Source of the DNA: a virus
Direction: 5' to 3' (one strand)
Virus record (IMG/VR): IMGVR_UViG_3300027801_002586
Location: 18,070 to 82,069 of that record
DNA: 64,000 bases
Below, in pieces: positions 8,989-17,821 of the stretch; the stretch's first letter is position 1, and every line of letters begins with the position of its first letter. Position numbers and translations under genes: made by a program. Below the pieces are notes generated by a model, which saw only the letters and a list, made by a program, of their open reading frames with translations, was not told where the DNA came from and did no database searches.

Positions 8989-9278
8989 AAACAATAGAGC
9001 TTGAAGAAATAGCACCTTACATGAACGAAACTCCGATTTGCGAGCAAACGTTCATTGATTGTGGATTTGAAAGAATAGATGTTTCGGTAGAAGAAAGTGG
9101 TGATGACATGCCCACTCATTATTACACATATGATTTCGGAACTACTTATGACCCATCATTAATTTCAGAAATGGACTTTACAGGAGTTCAACTATTTAAT
9201 GAAGAATATAAAACTTGGCATACTGAAGGTGAATTACAGCTTTTGTTTATGTTGTTTTTAAAAGAAGAAGAGAAATAA
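8985..9278 (+). CDS. hypothetical acidic protein
   Basis: ORF with ATGA overlap. Confidence 0.6.
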   Translation: MKTIELEEIAPYMNETPICEQTFIDCGFERIDVSVEESGDDMPTHYYTYDFGTTYDPSLISEMDFTGVQLFNEEYKTWHTEGELQLLFMLFLKEEEK

Positions 9279-9279
9279 A

Positions 9280-9825
9280 ATGGACTACCCGACAGATTTT
9301 AATAAAAAAAGACCAGGGCCCTGGGATGACGAAACATTTGAATTAGCAGAAGATGTATTTGCAACATGGAATAAAGAGAATGTAAAATGGTATAATAAAT
9401 ACTTTATAGTACCATTTGAGAGATTCATACACGCCATTGAAGATTTCCCATCTGAAGCCAAGTGGTTTTATCAACGTGGAAGTAGAGGTTGGTCTGATAG
9501 GTCAGCTTGGTCTATTGATACTTGGTTGGTAGATAATTTGATTCCAATGTTAGAACGATTGAAGAACAATAAGCAGGGCACACCATCCACGATGTTTAGA
9601 CAGAAAGACGGAGTTGACAAAGATGGAAATCCAACTGATGAAGCCTCTGCATTAGCAGAACAAAGGTGGGAAAATGTATTGGGTGAAATTATTTATGGAT
9701 TGAAATGTGCAAAGACAATTCAGAATTACGATTACGAAGATAAAGAAGATGTAAAGAAGCTAACAAAGAGTTCCCAACGTTCATTTGAATTGATTGGAAA
9801 ACACTTATTTAATTTATGGGATTAG
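9280..9825 (+). CDS. hypothetical phage protein
   Basis: Tightly packed ORF; QRGSRGWSD...WSID...LWD pattern seen in phage hypotheticals. Confidence 0.65.
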   Translation: MDYPTDFNKKRPGPWDDETFELAEDVFATWNKENVKWYNKYFIVPFERFIHAIEDFPSEAKWFYQRGSRGWSDRSAWSIDTWLVDNLIPMLERLKNNKQGTPSTMFRQKDGVDKDGNPTDEASALAEQRWENVLGEIIYGLKCAKTIQNYDYEDKEDVKKLTKSSQRSFELIGKHLFNLWD

Positions 9826-9826
9826 T

Positions 9827-10258
9827 ATGATTGACAAAACAATAAAATTAGCTGGTGAGTATCCAAGTGATTTCAAACCATCTATATCAGTACAAGAAGT
9901 ACAACAATTTTTTAATGCACATAGTTTTCATAATGGCAGAATGATAGGTGGCAGTAAATCCGGATATAGGAATATGCATCCTGATGATTTAATTATATTC
10001 AATGCTAATATATTAATGCCAGGTCATGGTAAAGTATGGTATGGGGATTTAAATCTTACCGAAGATTATTTAGTATTAAAAGAAATTGCTCAAAATTTAA
10101 ATACAGAGTTATATGTGTTGCGGGAATCGCATGCGAGATTTGGTGAAGAGGATAAACCAATTGATGAGTTGATTAAAAAGGCAGTATGGAATACAAGTGA
10201 AGATAACCCAACTAAAGAATGGTATTTAAACAAGCAGGATAAAAAGTATAAGAAATGA
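9827..10258 (+). CDS. hypothetical protein
   Basis: ATG 9827 directly after upstream stop; GRMIGGSKSGY, WYGDLNLT. Confidence 0.65.
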   Translation: MIDKTIKLAGEYPSDFKPSISVQEVQQFFNAHSFHNGRMIGGSKSGYRNMHPDDLIIFNANILMPGHGKVWYGDLNLTEDYLVLKEIAQNLNTELYVLRESHARFGEEDKPIDELIKKAVWNTSEDNPTKEWYLNKQDKKYKK

Positions 10259-10452
10259 AATCAATAAAACTAACCACATTTAATGACATTGGTGATTGTG
10301 ATAGACAAGATGTTAATGACCTGATTTCGGCACTCGTAAGAATGGGTTATGAAGTATGGATGACAGATGATTCCGTTTGTTTTAACTTGGGGAATGATGA
10401 CGTAATAAAAGACGAAAAAGATTTAAATAAAAAAAGTGAAAAAAGTACTTGA
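10255..10452 (+). CDS. hypothetical protein, paralogue B
   Basis: Duplicate of 8806..8988. Confidence 0.65.
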   Translation: MKSIKLTTFNDIGDCDRQDVNDLISALVRMGYEVWMTDDSVCFNLGNDDVIKDEKDLNKKSEKST

Positions 10453-10478
10453 CTCTTTGGCTAGTTTATACTTATATT
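10440..10478 (+). promoter_or_regulatory. early promoter, copy 5 (divergent spacer)
   Basis: TTGACT(10449-10454)-N18-TATATT(10473-10478). Confidence 0.7.
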
Positions 10479-10486
10479 AAAGGCAT

Positions 10487-10759
10487 ATGAATAATCAAGA
10501 ATTAGTAGATTTGATAGTAAAGACATTTGATGGTGTAATCATCGATGATTATGGTTGGGAACATTACACTATACCAAATAAGAAATATGATATTCGATTT
10601 GATGCATCTCGAATAGAATGGGCATGTGATTGTCCAGCATTTATGTACCGAAGAAAATTTAAGAAGAAGTATTGTAAACATATTATTGAGATACAGAGTA
10701 AAAAATTAGAACAACGGGTGGCAGATAGCAGAGGCCGTGCTGGTGCCAGAGTGGTCTAA
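10487..10759 (+). CDS. SWIM zinc-finger protein
   Basis: WACDCPAF...YCKHI. Confidence 0.75.
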   Translation: MNNQELVDLIVKTFDGVIIDDYGWEHYTIPNKKYDIRFDASRIEWACDCPAFMYRRKFKKKYCKHIIEIQSKKLEQRVADSRGRAGARVV

Positions 10760-10810
10760 TGGGGTGGATTGCAAATCCATTGTTCGTCGGTTCAAATCCG
10801 ACCCAGCACT
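10737..10810 (+). tRNA. tRNA-Cys(GCA)
   Basis: Acceptor GTGCTGG/CCAGCAC, anticodon arm GTGGA-TTGCAAA-TCCAT, T-arm GTCGG-TTCAAAT-CCGAC, U discriminator; CCA not encoded. Confidence 0.93.
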
Positions 10811-10833
10811 CAAAATATAAACGGAGATGAAAA

Positions 10834-11052
10834 GTGAGAATAACAGAAATAATAACACGATTGGAAAAGATTGAACTTGAATCAGATGGTGAGGTTAATG
10901 CGATGTGTACTAAATTGATAGATGATTTGATAGAGTTTGAACTTATAGTGGATAAAGAAATACACAAGATTACAGAAAATTTGAAAACCGATGATTGGTT
11001 GGAGATGTTGTTAGCAGAGGGTATTAAATCTGGTTCAGTAGGGGAAGCTTAA
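10834..11052 (+). CDS. hypothetical acidic protein
   Basis: GGAG SD, GTG start. Confidence 0.55.
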   Translation: MRITEIITRLEKIELESDGEVNAMCTKLIDDLIEFELIVDKEIHKITENLKTDDWLEMLLAEGIKSGSVGEA

Positions 11053-11069
11053 TGTCGGTAAAATTAATT

Positions 11070-11110
11070 AAAAAAAACACTTGACTCGTATAGGCAAAAA
11101 GCCTTATATT
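11070..11110 (+). promoter_or_regulatory. early promoter, copy 6
   Basis: TTGACT(11081-11086)-CGTATAGGCAAAAAGCCT-TATATT(11105-11110). Confidence 0.8.
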
Positions 11111-11161
11111 AAAGTAATAAATAAAAATTGACAAATAAACAAATAAATAAAGGAGTTAAAT

Positions 11162-11635
11162 ATGTCACAAACAATATTTGAAAAAGCAGGGGGATATGTA
11201 GTGAGTAAGGAAGTAATATATCCTTTTCAAGAAAATGTAAATTATATGGATTGTACTCACTGCCACATACCCGTAAGGAATGTGGGAGAGACTGCTACAT
11301 CAGTAGTTTGTTCTCGATGTTTAATGGGACAAGTTGCTAAACAATTCCCCGAATCAATGGAGTCTATACGTACATACAAACCAACAGGACGACCAGCAGG
11401 TTGGCATTGGATGGCTGAGTTTGTAGATAAAGATGGTAACGTCTTTCATAAAGGTAAAGAGGTGAAAAAGTTAAAGGGTACATTAAAACCCACTAAGGCT
11501 TCTAAACCTAAGAAACGAATTAAACGTCGTACTAAAGATGCGATACTTGTTGCAACTTATAAAGAAAAACAAATTCTAAAAAAAGCTGCTAAGAAACAAC
11601 AAGATTTTCTTAATCATATAACTGAGGATAAATAG
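11162..11635 (+). CDS. zinc-finger protein with basic C-terminus
   Basis: CTHC...CSRC; AGGAG SD. Confidence 0.65.
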   Translation: MSQTIFEKAGGYVVSKEVIYPFQENVNYMDCTHCHIPVRNVGETATSVVCSRCLMGQVAKQFPESMESIRTYKPTGRPAGWHWMAEFVDKDGNVFHKGKEVKKLKGTLKPTKASKPKKRIKRRTKDAILVATYKEKQILKKAAKKQQDFLNHITEDK

Positions 11636-11637
11636 TT

Positions 11638-11796
11638 ATGAGTAAAAAAGTAAAAGGTCAATTCGACCATTACAAAAAATGGACTACTGACGAGGGATAC
11701 ACTTTCCTTGCGGAGAATAAAGAAGATGCTGAAGCGTATCTTAAAGTAACTGGTAGTGGTTCATTAGGTAAACTAAAGGAGGTCGAAGTTGGGTAG
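11638..11796 (+). CDS. 52-aa hypothetical protein (not in ORF track)
   Basis: GAGG SD; MSKKVKGQFDHYKKW...EVEVG. Confidence 0.55.
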   Translation: MSKKVKGQFDHYKKWTTDEGYTFLAENKEDAEAYLKVTGSGSLGKLKEVEVG

Positions 11797-12061
11797 TTTA
11801 GATAAAATAATAGATTCCGTAACTTCCGCTGTGGAGACTGGAAATAGGTTTAAAGTAGGTGAAGTACTTAAAGGTGATAAACGATTGGAAGATGAGTCTT
11901 ACGAAGATTTTAAAATTCGTAGGAAGGTTGAAAAGGGGTTAGTTAAGGATTATCTTAAAGGAAGATTTATTACAGATAATAAATCATCAGATGGAAAAAA
12001 TGAACCATTGGTTACTAAGAGCAAAGAAGGTGGCCGACCAATATTAGAGCGTAATGTTTGA
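11789..12061 (+). CDS. hypothetical protein
   Basis: AGGAGG SD, TTG start. Confidence 0.6.
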   Translation: MGSLDKIIDSVTSAVETGNRFKVGEVLKGDKRLEDESYEDFKIRRKVEKGLVKDYLKGRFITDNKSSDGKNEPLVTKSKEGGRPILERNV

Positions 12062-12139
12062 ATTTTTAGTAGTATGTTTACTGATTTACATTGCAGTAAA
12101 ATTAAGTGATATTAACGATAGTAATAAACCTGGATTTTA

Positions 12140-12730
12140 ATGAATAAGGTAGTTGATTGTTTTAAACACGATAACCCAGTTATCCACAAAAAGTTAAGAG
12201 AGGTTTCAGTTGAAGAAGGACTTGAAATTGCCGCAGAACTATTTAAGATACTTAATGAACGAGGGGATGGCATCGGGTTGGCTGCTAATCAAGTTGGTAT
12301 TGATGCTGCTGTTGCTGTACTTAATGTTCGCGAACCGATTATCTTAATTAACCCAAAAATACTTTCAAAAGAAAATGAGATACCTTATTATGAGGGATGT
12401 CTATCTTTCCCAAAGAAAGGTTGTCATACCAAACGATATGAAACCATACATATACAAACCGCACAGGAAGAGAGTGGTTGGGTGTTTAGTGGAGCATTAA
12501 GTGGAAGTGATGGTAAAGGTAGTTGGGAAAAACATGATGCCGAAAATGACGAATTAAGATTGTTAGAAACCATATGTGTTCAACATGAGATTGACCATTT
12601 AAATGGGTTAACAATATTTGATAGGGAAGATAAACCACAACCTATTATAAGTAAAAAGGCCGTGGGCAGGAATGAACCTTGTCCTTGTGGTAGTGGTAAG
12701 AAGTTCAAAAAATGTTGTATAGGAAAATAA
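12140..12730 (+). CDS. def: peptide deformylase with C-terminal SEC-C motif
   Basis: [18 protein letters not shown]; [18 protein letters not shown]. Confidence 0.95.
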   Translation: MNKVVDCFKHDNPVIHKKLREVSVEEGLEIAAELFKILNERGDGIGLAANQVGIDAAVAVLNVREPIILINPKILSKENEIPYYEGCLSFPKKGCHTKRYETIHIQTAQEESGWVFSGALSGSDGKGSWEKHDAENDELRLLETICVQHEIDHLNGLTIFDREDKPQPIISKKAVGRNEPCPCGSGKKFKKCCIGK

Positions 12731-12731
12731 T

Positions 12732-13013
12732 ATGAGAATTAGATTATGGAATAGATTTCTAAAGATGATGGATACAAAAGTTCCACTTTGGATAATCTTA
12801 GTAATAATGAATTTCTATTGGTTGACTACTTCAGTATATGATATAATTATACAAAGAGGGTTTCAACAAGCTATTATCCAAATGGAAAATGGGGAGTTGA
12901 CTGTCTTAGAAGGAAGAGTTACACCAAGTGGAAGATTAAAACGAATAGAGGAATTTTTAGGAATGCCTCGTTCATTAACAGATGATAAACCAATCGTAAG
13001 GAAGAATAAATAA
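12732..13013 (+). CDS. membrane-anchored hypothetical protein
   Basis: One hydrophobic helix. Confidence 0.55.
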   Translation: MRIRLWNRFLKMMDTKVPLWIILVIMNFYWLTTSVYDIIIQRGFQQAIIQMENGELTVLEGRVTPSGRLKRIEEFLGMPRSLTDDKPIVRKNK

Positions 13014-13255
13014 TGGCTGGATTCAAAGGTAGACCAAGTAACAAAAGACCAATAGTTGAAGCAATTAGACGCAAGTGTGTTGGTTGTGGTAAAATTAAAG
13101 AAGTTAAATTTAAAAAATATTGGATACCATCTTATTCAGATTTAAGTGAGATACCCGTATATTTAAAGAATGGCCCGAAAACCAATCGGTTAGAACGTAA
13201 GGGTGCGATAGTTAAATACTATTGTGAATATGAGTGTTATCAAGAACATTTATAA
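13013..13255 (+). CDS. zinc-finger-like hypothetical protein
   Basis: CVGC ... CEYEC. Confidence 0.55.
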   Translation: MAGFKGRPSNKRPIVEAIRRKCVGCGKIKEVKFKKYWIPSYSDLSEIPVYLKNGPKTNRLERKGAIVKYYCEYECYQEHL

Positions 13256-13486
13256 ATGAGTAAGAAGAAATCAATCTACGATTCGGGTACAACCAAAGGT
13301 TCAGCACCAAGAACATCAGACAAGAAAAGGTATGATGATAATTGGGAGAAAATCTTTGGTAAGAAAGAAAACTCATCAACACCCAATCCATATGGTGATG
13401 ATGATTTTGCAACACCAACAGAATCGAGTGGAAGTGTTAAACATTTCGCGGATGGGTTTCACGAAGGCAACTGGCAAGATGATTGA
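13256..13486 (+). CDS. hypothetical protein
   Basis: KGSAPR...YDDNWEKIFGKK, a small phage-type motif. Confidence 0.6.
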   Translation: MSKKKSIYDSGTTKGSAPRTSDKKRYDDNWEKIFGKKENSSTPNPYGDDDFATPTESSGSVKHFADGFHEGNWQDD

Positions 13487-13601
13487 AAAAATAAAATCCA
13501 TTTTGGGTAAACTTCGTAATATGTATTTTATGTACCAATACGGAAAACACTTACAAAAACGAATCGAGAAAAACGATTTCGGAAGGAGACCTGAATATTA
13601 A
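13479..13601 (+). CDS. 40-aa hypothetical protein
   Basis: ATG 13479 in the frame of track ORF 13332..13601; coupled to the next gene. Confidence 0.45.
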   Translation: MIEKIKSILGKLRNMYFMYQYGKHLQKRIEKNDFGRRPEY

Positions 13602-14083
13602 TGCAAACATTTTTACCATATAGTGATTTTGAAAAATCAGCCAAAGTATTAGATTGGCGTAGACTTGGTAAACAACGAGTTGAGGGTATGCAGATTTTAA
13701 ATGCTATCGAACAGAAACCAAGAAAAGATGGGAAACCATATAAGGGGTGGGTTAATCATCCTTGTAGTGTTATGTGGAAAGCATATGTACCAGCATTAAA
13801 ACACTATACTAATATTATTATTACAGAGTGGATTAATCGTGGATACAATAACAATATGAAATTCTATGCTGTTGATGATTTAGTAATACCACATTGGATA
13901 GGTGATGAGCGAATACATTCATCACACAGAGCTAACCTATTAAGAAAAGATTTTGAGTGGTATGGACAGTATGGTTGGGATGAAGGTCTCAAAGATGTAG
14001 AAACTGCACCCTATGTGTGGCATGATATTGAGGGTAAGTTTTATGAACAATTGATAGGAACGGGAGTTAGAAACTATTTATGA
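13601..14083 (+). CDS. pyrimidine-dimer DNA glycosylase/endonuclease V-like (MSMEG_6728 type)
   Basis: MQTFLPY, LDWRRLGKQRVE, GWVNHP..MW, HSSHRANLLRKD. Confidence 0.85.
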   Translation: MQTFLPYSDFEKSAKVLDWRRLGKQRVEGMQILNAIEQKPRKDGKPYKGWVNHPCSVMWKAYVPALKHYTNIIITEWINRGYNNNMKFYAVDDLVIPHWIGDERIHSSHRANLLRKDFEWYGQYGWDEGLKDVETAPYVWHDIEGKFYEQLIGTGVRNYL

Positions 14084-14135
14084 TTTACAAACAAGGTTTA
14101 ATAATAAACCACTAAACAAACAAGGAGTACAGGTT

Positions 14136-14339
14136 ATGTATTTTGAAACACAAGTAATATTTACAGAAGAAATCCCAACGAAGAATGGAGTACGAGAAAA
14201 GAAAACTCGTAGAGCATTTTTAGTTGAGTGTGATTCTGTATCAGTAGCAGAAGCAAAGGTAAATGAAACATTAAAAGATTCACCATATCCCTTTGAAGTT
14301 AAAGTAGCAAAAGAATCTAAAATTGTAGAGGTAATTTAG
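14136..14339 (+). CDS. DUF4494-like protein
   Basis: KKTRRAFLVECDSVSVAEAKV...ESKIVEV resembles this FCB-associated family. Confidence 0.65.
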   Translation: MYFETQVIFTEEIPTKNGVREKKTRRAFLVECDSVSVAEAKVNETLKDSPYPFEVKVAKESKIVEVI

Positions 14340-14482
14340 TGAAACCAGATAAAGTAGAGATGGTATTTGATATCATAATTACAAGTCTTAAACTTGGAGC
14401 AGGATGTATATTACTATATGTGATGTATCAGTTCACTCAAGGTATGGGAGCATGGGTTGAATTAGATAGGATTACGAGATGA
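14339..14482 (+). CDS. small membrane protein (not in ORF track)
   Basis: GTG start; one TM helix. Confidence 0.45.
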   Translation: MKPDKVEMVFDIIITSLKLGAGCILLYVMYQFTQGMGAWVELDRITR

Positions 14483-14515
14483 TGGGTTATTACAAATCTA
14501 ATATAGGAGTTGAAC

Positions 14516-14722
14516 ATGAGTTATAAAGGTTGGGATACTATGTTAGGATTGTTTGGTGCTGGACTTATAATATTGGCAACACTATTATTTTTTGTTCCTT
14601 TTTGGGCATTGTGGAATTGGATAATGCCTGTATTTGGATTACCAACATTGACGATTTTACAGAGTATAGGATTATACTTATTATTGAAACTTGTGATATT
14701 TACACCTACAACAAAGGAGTAA
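14516..14722 (+). CDS. small two-TM membrane protein
   Basis: LWNWIMPVFGLPTLT..Q..GL pattern; AGGAG SD. Confidence 0.65.
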   Translation: MSYKGWDTMLGLFGAGLIILATLLFFVPFWALWNWIMPVFGLPTLTILQSIGLYLLLKLVIFTPTTKE

Positions 14723-14726
14723 CGAA

Positions 14727-14882
14727 ATGTCACTTGCGGAAATAAAGAAAAAATTAGAAAAAGCCTACAATGAAGAGGATTGGGGTATAGTAGAAGATTT
14801 ATTAGAAACATTATCATATGAAGTTGAAATCGAAGGCGAAGGTTTTTGGGGTGATGACGATGATGATGTGGAAAATGATTAA
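14727..14882 (+). CDS. 51-aa acidic protein (not in ORF track)
   Basis: AGGAG SD; MSLAEIKEKLEKAYNEEDW... Confidence 0.55.
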   Translation: MSLAEIKKKLEKAYNEEDWGIVEDLLETLSYEVEIEGEGFWGDDDDDVEND

Positions 14883-14889
14883 GTAGTAT

Positions 14890-15230
14890 GGGGCTGCTTG
14901 GTATCGACAGGTGTTATTTGACACTTGGGTGCAACGGAGTTTGAACAAGACTCGCTACAAAAGGTTCACTTTGATTAATTGGCACACAAGCTAATTTAAC
15001 TTACGCTTACGCGTAACATCTTACTTATGACACCGATAGTAAGATAAGATGTCGACATCGGTAGACCACTCTTTTTATAGGTTGGAGTTAAACTTAATCT
15101 TTCAGTTAAGCCATTCTGTGTAAAATGGTGAAGTGGGTTGGAGATAACTACTTATTTGGAATCTCACTAAGTTGTGAATGACCCTTTGGAAAAAGCAGAC
15201 TGGACGCGGGTTCGACTCCCGCCAGCTCCA
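14890..15230 (+). ncRNA. ssrA: tmRNA
   Basis: 5' GGGGCTG..GGTATCGAC; 3' GCGGGTTCGACTCCCGC-CAGCTCC-A; G3:U70 Ala identity; tag frame 14981-15016 GTQANLTYAYA*. Confidence 0.93.
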
Positions 15231-15264
15231 CAAAACAATAAAAAATGAAAAGGTTATATTTAAA

Positions 15265-15582
15265 ATGGTAGAATATATTTTGTTAGGTATTCTTGCTCCT
15301 GTAGTTCTCAATCTAATGCACTTATTGGTTGGGATATATGTGGTGGTACAAAGAGGTAGTGTAATGTCATTAGGATTTTCTGGCATAAGTTTCTTAACTA
15401 AAACAATCGGAATGATGCTTCTAACTTGGGTAGGGGTAAGTAAATTAAACTTAGACGTTCAGATATTTGTGCCAATGTTGGCATTCTTTTGGTTCTTTAC
15501 TCATATAGTAGAAGCCTTTGTGATACAACATTACATAGATGAAAATCAATCTGAATATATTAAAGGGATACAAATAAAATGA
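15265..15582 (+). CDS. multi-TM membrane protein
   Basis: Three hydrophobic helices; start moved to ATG 15265, outside the tmRNA. Confidence 0.65.
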   Translation: MVEYILLGILAPVVLNLMHLLVGIYVVVQRGSVMSLGFSGISFLTKTIGMMLLTWVGVSKLNLDVQIFVPMLAFFWFFTHIVEAFVIQHYIDENQSEYIKGIQIK

Positions 15583-15644
15583 ATTTTAACAAGTTAGCTA
15601 GATATTTATATACGAGTGGAAATGACGATTCATATGAATCAGTA

Positions 15645-16175
15645 ATGAAAAATATAAGAACATATTCAAGTTTGGCTTTTATAGCCTTAGTGATATTTAA
15701 TGGTTTCGTATGGACAACGATTTTTGATAATTACAAGAGTTTTCATCAAGAAACTTTGGTGAACTTGAAAGAGGATAATCAGAAACTAAACAATTTAGTT
15801 TCGGAACATAACCTTGAGGGGATGGATGTGGTAGTAACGATGTATCATCCAGTTTCGTATCAAACAGACTCCACACCGAACATTCTCGCGGATGGAACGC
15901 GAATACGGGTACACAAAGCTAGTGAGTACCGATACATAGCGGTTAGTAGGAATCTTTTGAAACGCTGGGGTGGTTGGTTAGATTACGGCGACTTTATTCT
16001 CTTAAAGGGAACTGACGGTAAAGATGGTATGTACCAAGTAAAAGATACAATGAACGCAAGATTTGTAAATCGTATAGACATCTTGGAATCACCAGGTACA
16101 AAACCATACAAGTTCGATATTGCTCAAATATCAAGAGTGCCAGATGATACTTTTGTGTCATACAACAATAAATAA
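15645..16175 (+). CDS. membrane-anchored 3D-domain (double-psi barrel) cell-wall protein
   Basis: N-terminal TM and coiled coil; TMY...QTDSTP..ADG, IAVSR, VKDTMN, RIDI; TATTTATA at 15603-15610 favours start 15645. Confidence 0.8.
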   Translation: MKNIRTYSSLAFIALVIFNGFVWTTIFDNYKSFHQETLVNLKEDNQKLNNLVSEHNLEGMDVVVTMYHPVSYQTDSTPNILADGTRIRVHKASEYRYIAVSRNLLKRWGGWLDYGDFILLKGTDGKDGMYQVKDTMNARFVNRIDILESPGTKPYKFDIAQISRVPDDTFVSYNNK

Positions 16176-16201
16176 AAAATAAAAAATACAACAGGTAATA
16201 A

Positions 16202-17821
16202 ATGAAAAAATGGTTTTATGAGAGAAGTAAGTTCTCTGAGTTTAAATCAAATACGACTTATCATAAGTTGTTAGAGATGTCAGTAGAGGATTTCAATGAG
16301 TGGGCACGATTGCTAAGACAAGAAGTAACTACTCAATGGGATGAGTATGGAACACCACCTGTAATCGGTAGAGATGAAGATGGTATTATTCAAAAATTCA
16401 AAAAATTAAAAGACAATCCTTGTAATTATTTAATTGAAGATAATACTGGTGATGATGAATCACTTGGTATAATTAAAAACTTCAATAAAGATGCAAGTAG
16501 TGTTAATCAATTCTTCCCAACAATGTTAAAAACAAAAATCAGTATTGGTGCATCAGCCGATAATGGATTATCTATATACGACCACTTTGGTGACCCAGAG
16601 TTAGAAGATAAGTTTGTTCACATTATGCGTAGAGCAGTAAAGAAAGATTCTATGTATAGTTGGAGTAGAAGTATTGTAACCAAGAAAGATGAGAATCCAT
16701 TTTGGAATGGACAGACTGGTAAAGAGTTTATTAGAGATGTACACGAGGGTAAAGTGTTTACTGGTAAATACAAAGATACAGGTATTGTACTTGCAAGAGT
16801 AAAAGAAAATACTGTCGGTAATTATGGTACAATGAATGAAGAGTTTAAAGGACATGGAAATGTTTATTTAACTGCAGAGGAAGTACAAGAGTGTAAAGAT
16901 AGTGGTTACTTGAATGATACACAATTAAGTAACATACCAGATATAGTTTCAAGCGAAACGAGTAAGACTGGTAATGTAACTAAGTTCTTATATTTGATTA
17001 GACATTATGACAAAACTATCGGAATCTTTCCAAAGATATTACAAGTGTTTAGATTAGCGTGTGGACAACCTGCAGTAAACTTTCCACCATTAACTGCTAA
17101 ACTTTTGTATGAAAAATTTACAAATCATATAGAAAATCAAGAACAAAAATTTCATATCTATGACCCATCCGCAGGTTGGGGTGGTAGAATATTAGGAGCA
17201 ATGAGTTCTCGTAAGAATATTCATTATGTAGGTACAGACCCTAACCCAGATAACTTAGGTAGATATCAAGCAGTTGCTGATTTCTATAATAGTAATTGTG
17301 TTGATGATTTTTCTGATAACTTCAATAAGTTTTTTGATGTAGAGAAACAATCAAACACGTATGAAGTATTTAGTGATGGGAGTGAATTAATATCTAACAA
17401 TCCAGCATTTCAAAAATATAAAGGTAAGTTGGATGTAGTATTTACTTCGCCACCATACTTTAATCGTGAACAATATTCCCAAGATGAGAATCAGTCGTTC
17501 AAAGCCTATAGTGAGTATCAAGACTGGAGAGATAACTTCTTAGAACCCACTTTACGAACTGCGTATGAGTATCTCAAACGAGATAGATATATCCTTTGGA
17601 ACATCGCTAGTATAAAGATAGGAGCAAATACCTACTATGATTTAGAGGGTGATAGTAGAAAAATATTAGAAGAGCTTGGTTGTGAGTATAAAGGAAAGCT
17701 AAAAATGTTAATGACAAGGATGATTGGCTTAGACCCAAGTAAGACTGGAATATTAAATTCAGTACAATATGATAATAATGTTTATAAATTTGAACCTATA
17801 TTTGTGTACTATAAAAGATGA
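16202..17821 (+). CDS. amino-type (m6A/m4C) DNA methyltransferase with large unknown N-terminal domain
   Basis: YDPSAGWGGR (SAM motif I), FTSPPYF (motif IV). Confidence 0.8.
   Translation: MKKWFYERSKFSEFKSNTTYHKLLEMSVEDFNEWARLLRQEVTTQWDEYGTPPVIGRDEDGIIQKFKKLKDNPCNYLIEDNTGDDESLGIIKNFNKDASSVNQFFPTMLKTKISIGASADNGLSIYDHFGDPELEDKFVHIMRRAVKKDSMYSWSRSIVTKKDENPFWNGQTGKEFIRDVHEGKVFTGKYKDTGIVLARVKENTVGNYGTMNEEFKGHGNVYLTAEEVQECKDSGYLNDTQLSNIPDIVSSETSKTGNVTKFLYLIRHYDKTIGIFPKILQVFRLACGQPAVNFPPLTAKLLYEKFTNHIENQEQKFHIYDPSAGWGGRILGAMSSRKNIHYVGTDPNPDNLGRYQAVADFYNSNCVDDFSDNFNKFFDVEKQSNTYEVFSDGSELISNNPAFQKYKGKLDVVFTSPPYFNREQYSQDENQSFKAYSEYQDWRDNFLEPTLRTAYEYLKRDRYILWNIASIKIGANTYYDLEGDSRKILEELGCEYKGKLKMLMTRMIGLDPSKTGILNSVQYDNNVYKFEPIFVYYKR

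Noticed and set aside
8806-10411. Repeat pair as DGR template/variable repeats
   Set aside because: Mismatches are not adenine-specific (T/C, C/T and C/G occur) and there is no reverse transcriptase in the window
10683-10967. Minus-strand ORF across the tRNA
   Set aside because: Antisense translation of tRNA-Cys (WVGFEPT pattern) and of a + strand gene
15102-15386. ORF 15102..15386(-) and the 15178 start of the membrane protein
   Set aside because: They overlap the tmRNA 3' end; the real CDS most likely starts at 15265
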